Source of the DNA: a virus
Reading direction: 5' to 3' (one strand)
DNA: 64,000 bases
IMG/VR virus record: IMGVR_UViG_3300000115_000005
In this document: one piece after another, positions 26,973 through 36,742 of the stretch
Layout: the number at the start of each line of letters is the position of its first letter
Numbering within the stretch: the first letter of the stretch is position 1
Notes under the pieces: model-generated
What the model saw: the letters and a program-made list of their open reading frames with translations, nothing else
Told to the model about the DNA's origin: nothing
Database searches by the model: none
Translations under genes and position numbers: made by a program

Positions 26973-27001
26973 ATCTTATAGATTGATTACCGAATTGTCA
27001 A
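26973..27001 (-). promoter_or_regulatory. Early promoter
   Basis: TTGACA-17-TAAGAT-GGTATCATAGTCAA. Confidence 0.85.
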
Positions 27002-27006
27002 GCATT

Positions 27007-27330
27007 TTATGGTAGTTTATTTGCTTGAATAAAAAAACCATAAATTTGTTCTGCCTTCTCTACTACTTTTGGATCTTTTAATGGTAAAGCACAACCAGTA
27101 TCTCCGGTCCAATCTGCGAACTCCTTATCATAAAAACCTATTTCACAATGTCCTACATTTTCTTTTTGTAAAACAGCTAATTCATCAGCCCAGCGTTGCC
27201 ATTTAAAATCATCAATGATAGGTTCATCTTTTTCGTAATACAAGTATGAATGAACCAACATTTGACTTCGCCTTTGTCTAATCTTCTCCTTAATTGTTTG
27301 AATTGGATTTATAAATTTCTCTAAACTCAT
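27007..27330 (-). CDS. Stand-alone NAD-dependent DNA ligase subdomain Ia-like protein
   Basis: HSYLYYEKDEPIIDDFKW...EL..LQ resembles LigA H..YY..D.P.ISD.EYD..L. Confidence 0.6.
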   Translation of the reverse strand: MSLEKFINPIQTIKEKIRQRRSQMLVHSYLYYEKDEPIIDDFKWQRWADELAVLQKENVGHCEIGFYDKEFADWTGDTGCALPLKDPKVVEKAEQIYGFFIQANKLP

Positions 27331-28627
27331 TTAGCTTTCACTTTCTTTTTAGGTAGTTGAGGGTATGTTCCCCATGGTTCTTTTAAAAAACAGGGAACTT
27401 CATCAGGTAGCCCGTTCTCAATCCATTTTGCAACCATCATATGCTCACATACTCCCATATAATAGTGGATTCTCATTCCACCAAGATTTCCACCAGTAAA
27501 TTCAACATCATCAAATACACCATGTGTTAAATCACCATTCTCATTATATCTCGGTTTTCCTCGCCATCTTTTTATTCTAGGAAACCAGTTCTCAATATTC
27601 ATAGAATGATGCCAATTAGAAAACCAATGTTAAACGGTATGAAAAATAATATTAAAAGTATCCAAACAGGTAATAAATCAACCCATATTTTTGTTTCCAT
27701 AAAATGTTTAATTAAAAAACATTTCATTTTAATGTAAAGAGAATATTTATTATTCATAATAAATACACCGCCATTTGCTACATTTTTTTTATTTGACATA
27801 ACCATTATCCCATTTATCTGGACCTGTGTATTGGTCCTCATTACTCATTTTAAAAAACTTACCAAAGAGGCGGTCGCTTATTCTTTTACGTTCAATATTT
27901 AACCTTCTATAAAAGGCATGATATCCATCCCAGTTCTCCCAATCATCTGTATCACCTTTTAATGATTTTAAATTAAAAAGGCGTAAAAGTAAATCATCTA
28001 TGGTTTTAAGCCACTCACGGTGAGCTAATTCATTAAACTTACCATCAATATATAACAATCGTTTTAACTTAATCCATTCATATTCCAATTTAAAAGCTTG
28101 CCATGTATCAACTCCATAACCATTTTGCATATAAGCCTCTTTTCTTATTTCCCACTCACTTGTAAATTCTTTAATCACCGCTATGAATTTCCTCTAATAG
28201 ACTCCATACTCTCCACCACTTCTTAAAATCTGGATTTTCATCAAACATTTTTTTTATGTCATTTTCACTCATATTAGGTATTTCTTTGCTTATGTTCACA
28301 TATGCTTTAGGTTTAATGTGACCTCCACACCAAGTTGTTACAGTTTTATTTCTAAGCTGTTCAGAAAAGTCTAAAGCATCTTTATCATCCATTTTTTCTA
28401 GTCAAACTTCCGTTCTTATCTGTTTTGTAATATTCTTGATATCCATCATCAGCTAAAAGATCCAGAGCTTCGACTTGTTTAAGTAAATGCACATAGTTTA
28501 CAATTAGTTTTTGAGCTGACTTGGCTATCATTTGACCGGTCAATCCTAATGTTTGGTGCCTTATATCGGAATCAACGTGTACTAAAAACTTTTCAGCTTT
28601 TTCAAGTTCAGTTTCTTTTTCTACCAT
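27327..28627 (-). other. Run of small hypothetical ORFs (27327-27602, 27599-27841, 27789-28178, 28171-28392, 28385-28627)
   Basis: Overlapping, coupled ORFs. Confidence 0.55.
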
Positions 28628-28935
28628 TTTTCAATCCTTTCAAAATTGTCAAACATTTCATAATCTTCAATATCACCCATTACTGTTGGTATCTCTACTG
28701 CGTAATCTTCTTGACCAACTTCATTGTATTCTAAACCTTTATTGTATGCTGTTCTACTGCGTGATGCTTTCTCTCTCGTAGCGGCCGATTCGGGTGTCTT
28801 ATGATAATCTAAAAGCTTCTCTCTGCGAATATCTTTGTCTGCTTGTGTATGAGTTCTCACATTTGCACAGGATCGGGAACAATAAGTACCTTTCTTTCGG
28901 TGATCTTTTTGACACCTAGGGCACTTTTTAATCAT
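28621..28935 (-). CDS. Zn-finger protein
   Basis: CPRC...YCSRSCAN. Confidence 0.65.
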   Translation of the reverse strand: MIKKCPRCQKDHRKKGTYCSRSCANVRTHTQADKDIRREKLLDYHKTPESAATREKASRSRTAYNKGLEYNEVGQEDYAVEIPTVMGDIEDYEMFDNFERIEKW

Positions 28936-29174
28936 TGTAGGGTGGACTTTTTCTCAAAATCACCTGAGATAACATCATTTAAAAATTCTTTGAATTCTTT
29001 TTCTTGATTGTTAGCTTTGGAGTGCATCATTAATCTTCCCATCATTATGGCATTTACCATTGTCATGGGTATTGATTCATATAGATCCATTAGAAAATTG
29101 TCTGTCTGACTCACTAATTGTTCTATCTCTTCTAATTGTTTAGACGATATTTCTTCATCATTCTTTTTTTTCAT
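28932..29174 (-). CDS. Hypothetical protein
   Basis: ORF. Confidence 0.5.
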   Translation of the reverse strand: MKKKNDEEISSKQLEEIEQLVSQTDNFLMDLYESIPMTMVNAIMMGRLMMHSKANNQEKEFKEFLNDVISGDFEKKSTLQ

Positions 29175-29583
29175 TTTTCACCCTAATATTATTTAATTCT
29201 GAATAAACATTTATAGCAAAATCTTCTGCCTCTATTTCCCAAGGTTCATCTTTTACATAAATGCCACGCCAAGTATTTAGAGAGGCGGTTATTTCATGAT
29301 TTACATATTGTTTTATATGGCACATTTCATGAGCTATAGTTTCTAATAGTGATTGATTGTCTTGACCTGTTTTTAATTGAACACAATAAATTGGCACTCT
29401 GGAAAATATACTTTCATCACTTTCCCAACAATGACCTAGCATAGGTATCTTTCTCGAATATGAGAATTCAAGTATAATATCTTTTGGTAATTTTAACTTA
29501 TCACCGAAATAATCTATAGCTTTAAAATACTTTTGGCTAATACCATGAATTATCATTTTCAAGATCCACCATAATTTTTTCAT
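29158..29583 (-). CDS. Zincin metallopeptidase-like protein
   Basis: TIAHEMCHIKQY and PWEIEA. Confidence 0.75.
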   Translation of the reverse strand: MKKLWWILKMIIHGISQKYFKAIDYFGDKLKLPKDIILEFSYSRKIPMLGHCWESDESIFSRVPIYCVQLKTGQDNQSLLETIAHEMCHIKQYVNHEITASLNTWRGIYVKDEPWEIEAEDFAINVYSELNNIRVKNEKKE

Positions 29584-30298
29584 ATTTGTTGGTGATAACC
29601 CGTAGACTCATAATAGTAGAATTATATCCTTCTTCTCGGTATAAATCTTTATCCATACTCTCTTCAGTATCTTTTACCCAGAGTCTACAGCCATCAGGAG
29701 TTATTTCATCAGCGATTAATATTCGGCCTTCTGAATCGAATCCAAATTCTAATTTAAAATCAATTAAGTTAAGGCCGATATTACTAAAAACTTTTTCTAT
29801 AACTTTATTTACATTTAATGCTTGAACTTTTAAAAAACTGGTTGCATACCTCTCCTCAAAACCCATCAATGATAATCTTTCTTGAGTTAAAAGAGGATCA
29901 TTTTTACTATCATCTTTCAAATAAAATTCTACTATTGGTCTAGAAAACTTATAACCTTTCTCTATGTTAGTTTCTCTAACAATTGAGCCAGCGGCTACAT
30001 TTCTTACAACAACTTCGAGAGGTATAATATCTACTTTTTTACACCTCATAATATTCCAAGGATTACTTTCATCTAATTCTATAAAATGTGTGCTTAAGCC
30101 AGCTTCCTCTAAATGCTTAAACATAATAGAGGAAATCTTGGCATTAATATTACCTTTACCCAACATACAGTCTTTATAAAGACCGTTGCCTGCTGTTACC
30201 TTGTCTTGGTGATTAATCAAAACTTCATTTGTTTTCTCACTTTGATAAACTTTTTTTACTTTGCCTTCAATAATAAGATTTTTAGCTGGTAAATTCAT
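29537..30298 (-). CDS. purC: SAICAR synthase
   Basis: EGKVKKVY, IPLEVVVRNVAAGS, LIDFKLEFG, ADEITPDGCRLW, DKD. Confidence 0.93.
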   Translation of the reverse strand: MNLPAKNLIIEGKVKKVYQSEKTNEVLINHQDKVTAGNGLYKDCMLGKGNINAKISSIMFKHLEEAGLSTHFIELDESNPWNIMRCKKVDIIPLEVVVRNVAAGSIVRETNIEKGYKFSRPIVEFYLKDDSKNDPLLTQERLSLMGFEERYATSFLKVQALNVNKVIEKVFSNIGLNLIDFKLEFGFDSEGRILIADEITPDGCRLWVKDTEESMDKDLYREEGYNSTIMSLRVITNKYEKIMVDLENDNSWY

Positions 30299-30328
30299 TT
30301 AATTTTTTTCCCATTTAATATTACTATT

Positions 30329-31375
30329 CTACTTTATAATGTCTAAAAAGTCAAGCATTGAGCTCTCCCATGTCCACTTTATTGCCGATTTACGGGTAGC
30401 TTCTCTTGAAACTTCTAGTACCTTTTTAATTTTAGTATCTAATGTATTATCAAAACCATAGGTTTTATCATTATGTACAATACATCCATTGATATTTTCT
30501 ATTATCACCTCTTTTGGTCCAGGTTGATCATATGCCAATACAGGTGTACCACATGAAATACTTTCAAGTAATGTGATACCAAAAGTATCACTTTTTGATG
30601 GAAATATAAAAGCATCAGCACTTGCAAAATATCTGGCTAATTCGAGACCTTCTAAACTACCAGTAAATTTTATAAATGGATATTTTTGCTTCAGTTCTTC
30701 CAAATATGGCCCATCACCAACAAAAACTTTATTTGGAAATTGTAAATTACAAAATTCATCTACGTTTTTTTCTTTTGAAGCTCTAGATACACAAAGAATA
30801 AAACCTTGACCCCATGGCTTTCTATATTTGGGACTGAATAATGCTTGATTTACACCTTTTTTCCAAACTTTTACATTTTTAAAACCTTTATCAACCAAAA
30901 GGTTTTTAGTGCCTTCAGTTGATACCATCACACTCTTTGATTTACGGTGAAACCACTTAAAATACTTATACAATAATTTTGATGAAAATCCTGTATATGA
31001 TTCAAATAATTCTGGAAACTTAGTGTGATATGATGTTGTATAAGAGAATTTGCGTTTGTCTAAAATATATTTCGCATATAATCCTAGAGGGCCTTCTGTT
31101 GTAATATGTATTTTATAATTCAGAAAAGCAAAAGAGTCGATTAAGTCTTTATAGAGCCATGGATTTACAATTACTTTTATATCTCTGTAAAATGGTAGTT
31201 TAATCATACACCATTTTGGTAATGGCGACCTATCATTATAATGTAGATAGGTCGGGTGTAATATTGTTACATCATAGTCTTTTTTTTCTAGTTCCTTTTT
31301 AAGATTTTGGTATGTTCTTACTATGCCGTTGGCCTGTGGCTCCCAGGAATCTGTTATGATTACTATTTTTTGCAT
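30329..31375 (-). CDS. GT4 glycosyltransferase (Agt-like glycolipid synthase type)
   Basis: ITDSWEPQANGIVRT, HITTEGPLG, YHTKFPE, FPSKSDTFG..LE...CGTPV. Confidence 0.8.
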   Translation of the reverse strand: MQKIVIITDSWEPQANGIVRTYQNLKKELEKKDYDVTILHPTYLHYNDRSPLPKWCMIKLPFYRDIKVIVNPWLYKDLIDSFAFLNYKIHITTEGPLGLYAKYILDKRKFSYTTSYHTKFPELFESYTGFSSKLLYKYFKWFHRKSKSVMVSTEGTKNLLVDKGFKNVKVWKKGVNQALFSPKYRKPWGQGFILCVSRASKEKNVDEFCNLQFPNKVFVGDGPYLEELKQKYPFIKFTGSLEGLELARYFASADAFIFPSKSDTFGITLLESISCGTPVLAYDQPGPKEVIIENINGCIVHNDKTYGFDNTLDTKIKKVLEVSREATRKSAIKWTWESSMLDFLDIIK

Positions 31376-31384
31376 TTGTCTTTT

Positions 31385-31771
31385 TCATGGGGTGCAATCA
31401 CATTTAAATATTTTAGATTCGACCTTATCGGTGTGTACACGATATTTTTTTTCGGGAATCTTTTCTAGGTGAGTACCCCATATCTCCGTTTGGTAGATTG
31501 TTCGATTATACTTACAACCCTTTACCTCTTCTATCTCGGCTATGTACTCGATTGAATTACTGCATTTATAAACGCAATAATTTTTTAATGGTTTTTTGCG
31601 ATCTGATTTTATGAAATCTAACCAATTTTCTTGAATTCCTATCAAGTGACATTCAAGGGTTGGATCTTTTAATACTTTTTGATTAGCGTGTAGAGGAGAC
31701 CACCATAGTAACCCTGCTATGAGGGTCACTAGAGTAATTTTAATTATAAAAATATATCTCATTTCATCCAT
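31385..31771 (-). CDS. Secreted Cys-motif protein
   Basis: Signal/TM then C...CVYKC...GC. Confidence 0.6.
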   Translation of the reverse strand: MDEMRYIFIIKITLVTLIAGLLWWSPLHANQKVLKDPTLECHLIGIQENWLDFIKSDRKKPLKNYCVYKCSNSIEYIAEIEEVKGCKYNRTIYQTEIWGTHLEKIPEKKYRVHTDKVESKIFKCDCTP

Positions 31772-31888
31772 TTAGATGCAACGCAAAAGGCTATTACTGG
31801 TGGTAAACTTAATAATAAGTATAAAGCTAAACCCATTTTTTTCTCCTAAAAGTATTATACTTTGATAATCTATTTAGGAGTTCTGTGT

Positions 31889-32143
31889 TTAGACCTTCTC
31901 TTGAAAAGTATTTGAATCTAATTCTATTATAAGATTTAAAAAAGAGCAAGCTAAATCTTCATTCTTAAAAAATCTTATGAGAGTCTGGCCTGTGTCTTTT
32001 GATATAACGATCAATAAAATTTCTCTTCTATTGTAAATGGAGAATTTTATTGTCCAGTTATTTTTTTCTACGGCACTCCAAGTTCTTACTTTACTTGCTG
32101 TTGTTAAATAGTTTGATGTTAGTTTCAAGAATCTCTTTTGCAT
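31889..32143 (-). CDS. Hypothetical protein
   Basis: ORF. Confidence 0.5.
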   Translation of the reverse strand: MQKRFLKLTSNYLTTASKVRTWSAVEKNNWTIKFSIYNRREILLIVISKDTGQTLIRFFKNEDLACSFLNLIIELDSNTFQEKV

Positions 32144-32297
32144 ATTTGGACATTTCTGTTACAGTTTCAACGGTCTTATCCATGTATGTATGTAATTCTT
32201 TAACTGAATTCTTTTTAGCAATATCATTTAATTGATTTAAAAACTTGACTTGGCTATCAATTGTTGTTGATACTAAGTTGATTGGATTAATAAACAT
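32091..32297 (-). CDS. Amphipathic helical small protein (phasin-like?)
   Basis: AAGGAG RBS; late promoter upstream. Confidence 0.5.
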   Translation of the reverse strand: MFINPINLVSTTIDSQVKFLNQLNDIAKKNSVKELHTYMDKTVETVTEMSKYAKEILETNIKLFNNSK

Positions 32298-32317
32298 ATA
32301 AATCTCCTTAAAATAAT

Positions 32318-32325
32318 TATTTATA
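32318..32325 (-). promoter_or_regulatory. T4-type late promoter
   Basis: TATAAATA. Confidence 0.7.
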
Positions 32326-32430
32326 AATTTTATATTGTGCGTTGCAATAATTGGGGCAAATCTATTAAATTACTACCCATATTAAAGTAAACTCATTATA
32401 CATATTGGTGTGCTTTTTCAGGTGTTACTA

Positions 32431-32859
32431 TTATAGATCACCTTCTTTTCTATTTTCACTATAATGAGCATCAAACTTACCTCCAGGATATCTACTCTCG
32501 AGCTTTTCAATATTTTCTTGTATTACTTCATCTGGTTTTAGTCCCATTGCGGTACATGAATTTACCCAATACCAAATAATATCACCTAACTCTCTCTTGA
32601 TATGAAATTGTGTTTTTTCACTCATAGGTTTATCTTGAAATAAACACTTCTTTACAATTTCAGCTAATTCACCACCTTCTGATGCAATACCAATGGCACC
32701 TGTTAATAATCTGGCTGTATTCACACCACTTTTAGAATCAATTGCAGCCATTCTTTCATGTAACTTATTTGTTGAGCCAGAGGTTTCAGAGGTCACCTTA
32801 GTAACAAACTCTTGATATTTTTTTAAATCTATCAATTTATCACCCTTTCTTATTTTCAT
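32431..32859 (-). CDS. mazG: MazG-like nucleoside triphosphate pyrophosphohydrolase
   Basis: GIASEGGELAEIVKK, RELGDIIWY, NIEKLESRYP. Confidence 0.88.
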   Translation of the reverse strand: MKIRKGDKLIDLKKYQEFVTKVTSETSGSTNKLHERMAAIDSKSGVNTARLLTGAIGIASEGGELAEIVKKCLFQDKPMSEKTQFHIKRELGDIIWYWVNSCTAMGLKPDEVIQENIEKLESRYPGGKFDAHYSENRKEGDL

Positions 32860-33259
32860 TTAAAATTCTTATGTTTTTACCTGATACTTTTACCATAATC
32901 CAGTCATTGTAATAGTCCTCCCGTTCAAGGACACGCCTCTCCATCTGTTCCTTCAACTCTAAGTAAGCACAATCAGACCTATTAGAGCAAAGATATAATA
33001 TCTCTCTAATAAATTTATCTTCTCCGTGTTTTTTGACATCATCAATAAGAGTATTGTTTGAGCCCCAATACTTTTTCCAATCTGATGGTTTTCTAATCTT
33101 CTTTTTTTTACCTTTTACTTGTTTGTAACCGGCTTTAGTGAAGAATTTCTTTCCAATGTATCGTTTTTTATCTACAAGATTATGTATGCAATAAACGAAA
33201 CCAAAAGAATTGCCAATATCTGATTCATTAAATTCATGTCCATTGTAAGTCCAATTCAT
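32840..33259 (-). CDS. GIY-YIG nuclease family protein
   Basis: GFVYCI.N...RYIGKK, SDWKKYWGS, LE, YYN. Confidence 0.75.
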   Translation of the reverse strand: MNWTYNGHEFNESDIGNSFGFVYCIHNLVDKKRYIGKKFFTKAGYKQVKGKKKKIRKPSDWKKYWGSNNTLIDDVKKHGEDKFIREILYLCSNRSDCAYLELKEQMERRVLEREDYYNDWIMVKVSGKNIRILNENKKG

Positions 33260-33402
33260 TCATCTCCAATCTTCGCTTCTTCTAAATCAATGTAACTGGA
33301 ACAGAAAGGACAATACATAGGGTCCGTTTCTGTTCCTTCTACGTCATATTCTATTGTATATGATGATTCACAAGTATCACAAGTATATTGTATAGTTTTC
33401 AA
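33256..33402 (-). CDS. Small Zn-ribbon protein (48 aa, TTG start, not in ORF track)
   Basis: CDTC...YCPFC. Confidence 0.65.
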   Translation of the reverse strand: MKTIQYTCDTCESSYTIEYDVEGTETDPMYCPFCSSYIDLEEAKIGDE

Positions 33403-34374
33403 TTAGGCAGCTTTTCCCCACACATCTCCCCATTTTCCTTTCATAGCACCTTTAGCATAATCAGTTGCTCTGTTTTCAAAAAAGTTCGTGTGTGTGGGTG
33501 CATTAATCATACCTTCGACCCATAATAATGGATTTCTTTTCACCTTAAATATACCTTTTAGTCCTAAGCTGATTAATCTTCTATCAGCTATGTACCGTAT
33601 ATATTGTTTTACATCTTCTGGTTTAAGATCATCCATTGGCCCCATTTTAAAAGCTAAGTCAATAAATTTATCTTCTAGTTCGACCATCTTTGTTGCAATC
33701 GTATAAATTTTACCTTTCAGATCATCATTCCAGATTTCTCTGTTTTCTTCTATGTATGTTCTGAATAATTTAATCATTGATTCGGCGTGTTGTGTTTCAT
33801 CAACAATTGACCAAGTAACGATTTGACCCATACCAACCATTTTACCATGTCTTGGAAAATTTAATAACATAATGAATGACGAAAATAATTGCATACCTTC
33901 AGTAAAAGCTGAGAACACAGCAATATGTGTTGCTGTTGATTCTTTTGTACCATTCTTTGATGATAACTCCATTACATAATCATGTTTAGCTCTCATCTCT
34001 TCATAGTCGGCAAATTCTGAATATGTTGATTCAGGCATACCAAGTGTTTCAATCAAATGAGAATAAGCTGCGATATGTAATGCTTCACGAGCCGCAAACC
34101 CAGCTAACATCATTCTTACTTCTGGTTGTGGGAAATGTGGTAAATAATTCTTTACATAACCACCTGCAACATCAATATCACCTTGAGTGAAAAATCTAAA
34201 AATATTTGTAAGAAAAGCTTTTTCTTCTTCAGAAAGCTTATTCTTCCAATCTTTTACATCTTCATTCATTGGCACTTCTGTGTGCATCCAATGTGATTGT
34301 TCATGTTTCAGCCACGCATCATAAGCCCATGGATAATTAAATGGTTTATAATATGTTCTTTCGTCTTTTAGCAT
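33403..34374 (-). CDS. nrdB: Ribonucleotide reductase class Ia beta subunit
   Basis: FFTQGD, EALHIAAYS, TEGMQLFSSF, DETQH, NFFE. Confidence 0.96.
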   Translation of the reverse strand: MLKDERTYYKPFNYPWAYDAWLKHEQSHWMHTEVPMNEDVKDWKNKLSEEEKAFLTNIFRFFTQGDIDVAGGYVKNYLPHFPQPEVRMMLAGFAAREALHIAAYSHLIETLGMPESTYSEFADYEEMRAKHDYVMELSSKNGTKESTATHIAVFSAFTEGMQLFSSFIMLLNFPRHGKMVGMGQIVTWSIVDETQHAESMIKLFRTYIEENREIWNDDLKGKIYTIATKMVELEDKFIDLAFKMGPMDDLKPEDVKQYIRYIADRRLISLGLKGIFKVKRNPLLWVEGMINAPTHTNFFENRATDYAKGAMKGKWGDVWGKAA

Positions 34375-34497
34375 TTATACTTCCTTCTTTTGAAATAGTC
34401 CTGAAATCTTTGATTGTATCACTTTCGCCCACCAAGGTTGAGGAAAGTTCCAACCAATTAAAGCACCTAAAAATAACCATAAAAGTGTATCAAACAT
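34375..34497 (-). CDS. Small membrane peptide (40 aa)
   Basis: MFDTLLWLFLGALIGWNFPQPWWAK...; AAGGA RBS. Confidence 0.55.
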   Translation of the reverse strand: MFDTLLWLFLGALIGWNFPQPWWAKVIQSKISGLFQKKEV

Positions 34498-34511
34498 TTA
34501 TTTTTCCTTTT

Positions 34512-35708
34512 TTAAGCCTTATACTCGGCAGCTTCCTCTGAACCGCTTGTTGCTGAACCTTCAGTATAAGAATGTTTACCTGTTCCTGCTAATGCACCAT
34601 CTTTAACAATAGTGTATTCAGTTCTTTGCTCTTCACCATCAAATAATTTTTCAAGTATTTCTCTCGTACCAGCTGCGTATCTAGCTTGAGCTGTGAGTGA
34701 GGTACCTGATGTATGAGGTGTCATACCATGATGAGGCATACTTCTCCAAGAATGGTCATTTGGTGCAGGTTGTGGGAACCAAACATCACCGGCATAACCA
34801 GCTAATTGACCTGATTCAAGTGCATCAACAATTGCTTGTCTATCACAAATCTTACCACGAGCCGTGTTTACTATGTATGCACCTTTTTTCATTTTTGAAA
34901 TTAATTCTGCATTAAATAGATTTTCGGTTTCAGGGTGTAGTGGGCAATTAATTGTTACAACATCTACCGTGGAAACTAAAGATTCGACATTATCATGATA
35001 AACTAAATTTAACTCTTCTTCTACTTCATCTGATAATTTATGCTTATCAAAATAATGCAATTCAACATCAAAAGCTTTTAGTTTTCTAAGTGCATCTAAT
35101 CCAATACGACCAGCTGCAACTGTACCAACTTTCATACCCTCTAAATCATAAGACCTTGAAACTGCATCAGCAATGTTCCAACCACCTTCATTTACAATCT
35201 TATGTTGAGTATGATAATCTCTAACCAATGCAAGAACCATCATTACAATATGTTCTGCAACTGACCTTGAATTACAGTATGTTACTTCCATCACGTCCAC
35301 GCCATTGTCCATGGCGGCCTGCAAGTCAACGTGATCTGAACCTATACCTGCTGTAATCGCCATTTTTAAGTTTGGTGCTGATTCCATTTTTTCTCTTGTG
35401 AGATAATATGGCCAGAATGGTTGAGATATAACAACATCTGCATCAACTAATTCTTTGTCTGCTGTACAACCTTCTCCATCTTTATCTGAGGTAACGACCA
35501 ACTCATGGCCATTTGATTCTAAAAATTCTCTAAGACCCAATTCACCTGATACACAACCAAGTAATTCACCGGGATTAAAATCAATAGCTTTTGGTGATGG
35601 TAATGTTTGACCATCAGGATATTTTTCAATTACTGGTAGATTTTCTATTGCATAATCTTTTGGCATACCACCAGTTGGATCGTCATATAAAATACATAAA
35701 ACTTTCAT
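34512..35708 (-). CDS. fdh: NAD-dependent formate dehydrogenase (metal-independent)
   Basis: KVLCILYDDP, LLGCVSGELGL, ISQPFWPYY, AGIGSDHVD, AAGRIG, NTARG, GDVWFPQPAP, PHTSG; Asp in YFDKH indicates NAD preference. Confidence 0.96.
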   Translation of the reverse strand: MKVLCILYDDPTGGMPKDYAIENLPVIEKYPDGQTLPSPKAIDFNPGELLGCVSGELGLREFLESNGHELVVTSDKDGEGCTADKELVDADVVISQPFWPYYLTREKMESAPNLKMAITAGIGSDHVDLQAAMDNGVDVMEVTYCNSRSVAEHIVMMVLALVRDYHTQHKIVNEGGWNIADAVSRSYDLEGMKVGTVAAGRIGLDALRKLKAFDVELHYFDKHKLSDEVEEELNLVYHDNVESLVSTVDVVTINCPLHPETENLFNAELISKMKKGAYIVNTARGKICDRQAIVDALESGQLAGYAGDVWFPQPAPNDHSWRSMPHHGMTPHTSGTSLTAQARYAAGTREILEKLFDGEEQRTEYTIVKDGALAGTGKHSYTEGSATSGSEEAAEYKA

Positions 35709-35729
35709 TAGTTTTCCTTTCTTATTGGT

Positions 35730-35936
35730 TTATTTTACAATACATAAATCTTTTGAGGCATCTAGAATATCTCTACCATCATAGAACCAAACATAACTTG
35801 TAATTAAAACACCATTGTCTGTTACATCACATTTTTTACCTAATGATATAGCCAAATGGCCTTTAAACATTTCTGGTACTGATGCACAACCAATTAAAAA
35901 AATTGGCATTAATAATAATAATAATCTTTTAAACAT
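35730..35936 (-). CDS. Small lipoprotein
   Basis: Lipobox LIGC; start reassigned to 35936. Confidence 0.6.
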   Translation of the reverse strand: MFKRLLLLLMPIFLIGCASVPEMFKGHLAISLGKKCDVTDNGVLITSYVWFYDGRDILDASKDLCIVK

Positions 35937-35940
35937 TTCA

Positions 35941-36735
35941 TTAGCCTCTTGTTGTATTTGCAAGGTCTTCCATCATCTCTTTTTGTTTTAGATCAAGACT
36001 TGCAAGTTTCTTTTCATATTCACCGATAGGGTGATCATATACACCTCTAAAAAATTGAAGTTTTTTAAAAGCGGTAAATCTACCTCTTAAACCATCTTTA
36101 ATTCTTTGCCATGGGCTTAAACCATCACGAATATTTCCATAATAGTTTAAATATTCCAATGTACCATGGTGCTTGAAAAACAAGAAAGATGGGGGTACTT
36201 TTGTAACAGCATCATTGTTGTTTACCCAACGGTGATGATCGAAGCTAAGACTATTTACAAATCTTTTATTACCAACTCTAGGTGAACCAAAAGTGTATAG
36301 TGTTAATGATTTAAAAATGCCTTGTAATCTGGCGGCACAAATAGTGGCCATTGCGGCTCCTAAACTATGACCAGTTATAGTACAAACTTTACCTTTATGC
36401 TCATCAACATAAGTTTCAATTTGATCCCATAATTTTTCAAGTTCACCATAAAATCCATCATGAACTCTACCAGCAACCTGACTCTTTTGTTTCCATGCCT
36501 TTAAGTCAGCAACAACATCACTTGCTACATCAGGTTCAGTACCTCTGAATACAAATGTTATCTCATTATCACTTGTGCAAACATAAGCTTGAGCACCATC
36601 GTGGTCAAGAAAGTCAACTGTTTTATAGTTCATTTCTTTCATAATTTGACTTTGTATATTAGTAGTCAAATCTTCATAAACGAGGCTAGATAATTCACAA
36701 TATTTTAAATCGTTATATCTCAAATCGGTTTTCAT
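35941..36735 (-). CDS. Lipase class 3 (alpha/beta hydrolase)
   Basis: FRGTE, VHDGF, TGHSLGAA, TFGSPRVGN, D.V..VP, DH..EY. Confidence 0.9.
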   Translation of the reverse strand: MKTDLRYNDLKYCELSSLVYEDLTTNIQSQIMKEMNYKTVDFLDHDGAQAYVCTSDNEITFVFRGTEPDVASDVVADLKAWKQKSQVAGRVHDGFYGELEKLWDQIETYVDEHKGKVCTITGHSLGAAMATICAARLQGIFKSLTLYTFGSPRVGNKRFVNSLSFDHHRWVNNNDAVTKVPPSFLFFKHHGTLEYLNYYGNIRDGLSPWQRIKDGLRGRFTAFKKLQFFRGVYDHPIGEYEKKLASLDLKQKEMMEDLANTTRG

Positions 36736-36742
36736 AATACTC

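Noticed and set aside
32840-33259. Mobile homing endonuclease
   Set aside because: Only a short GIY-YIG domain with no DNA-binding extension; more like a conserved T4-like accessory nuclease
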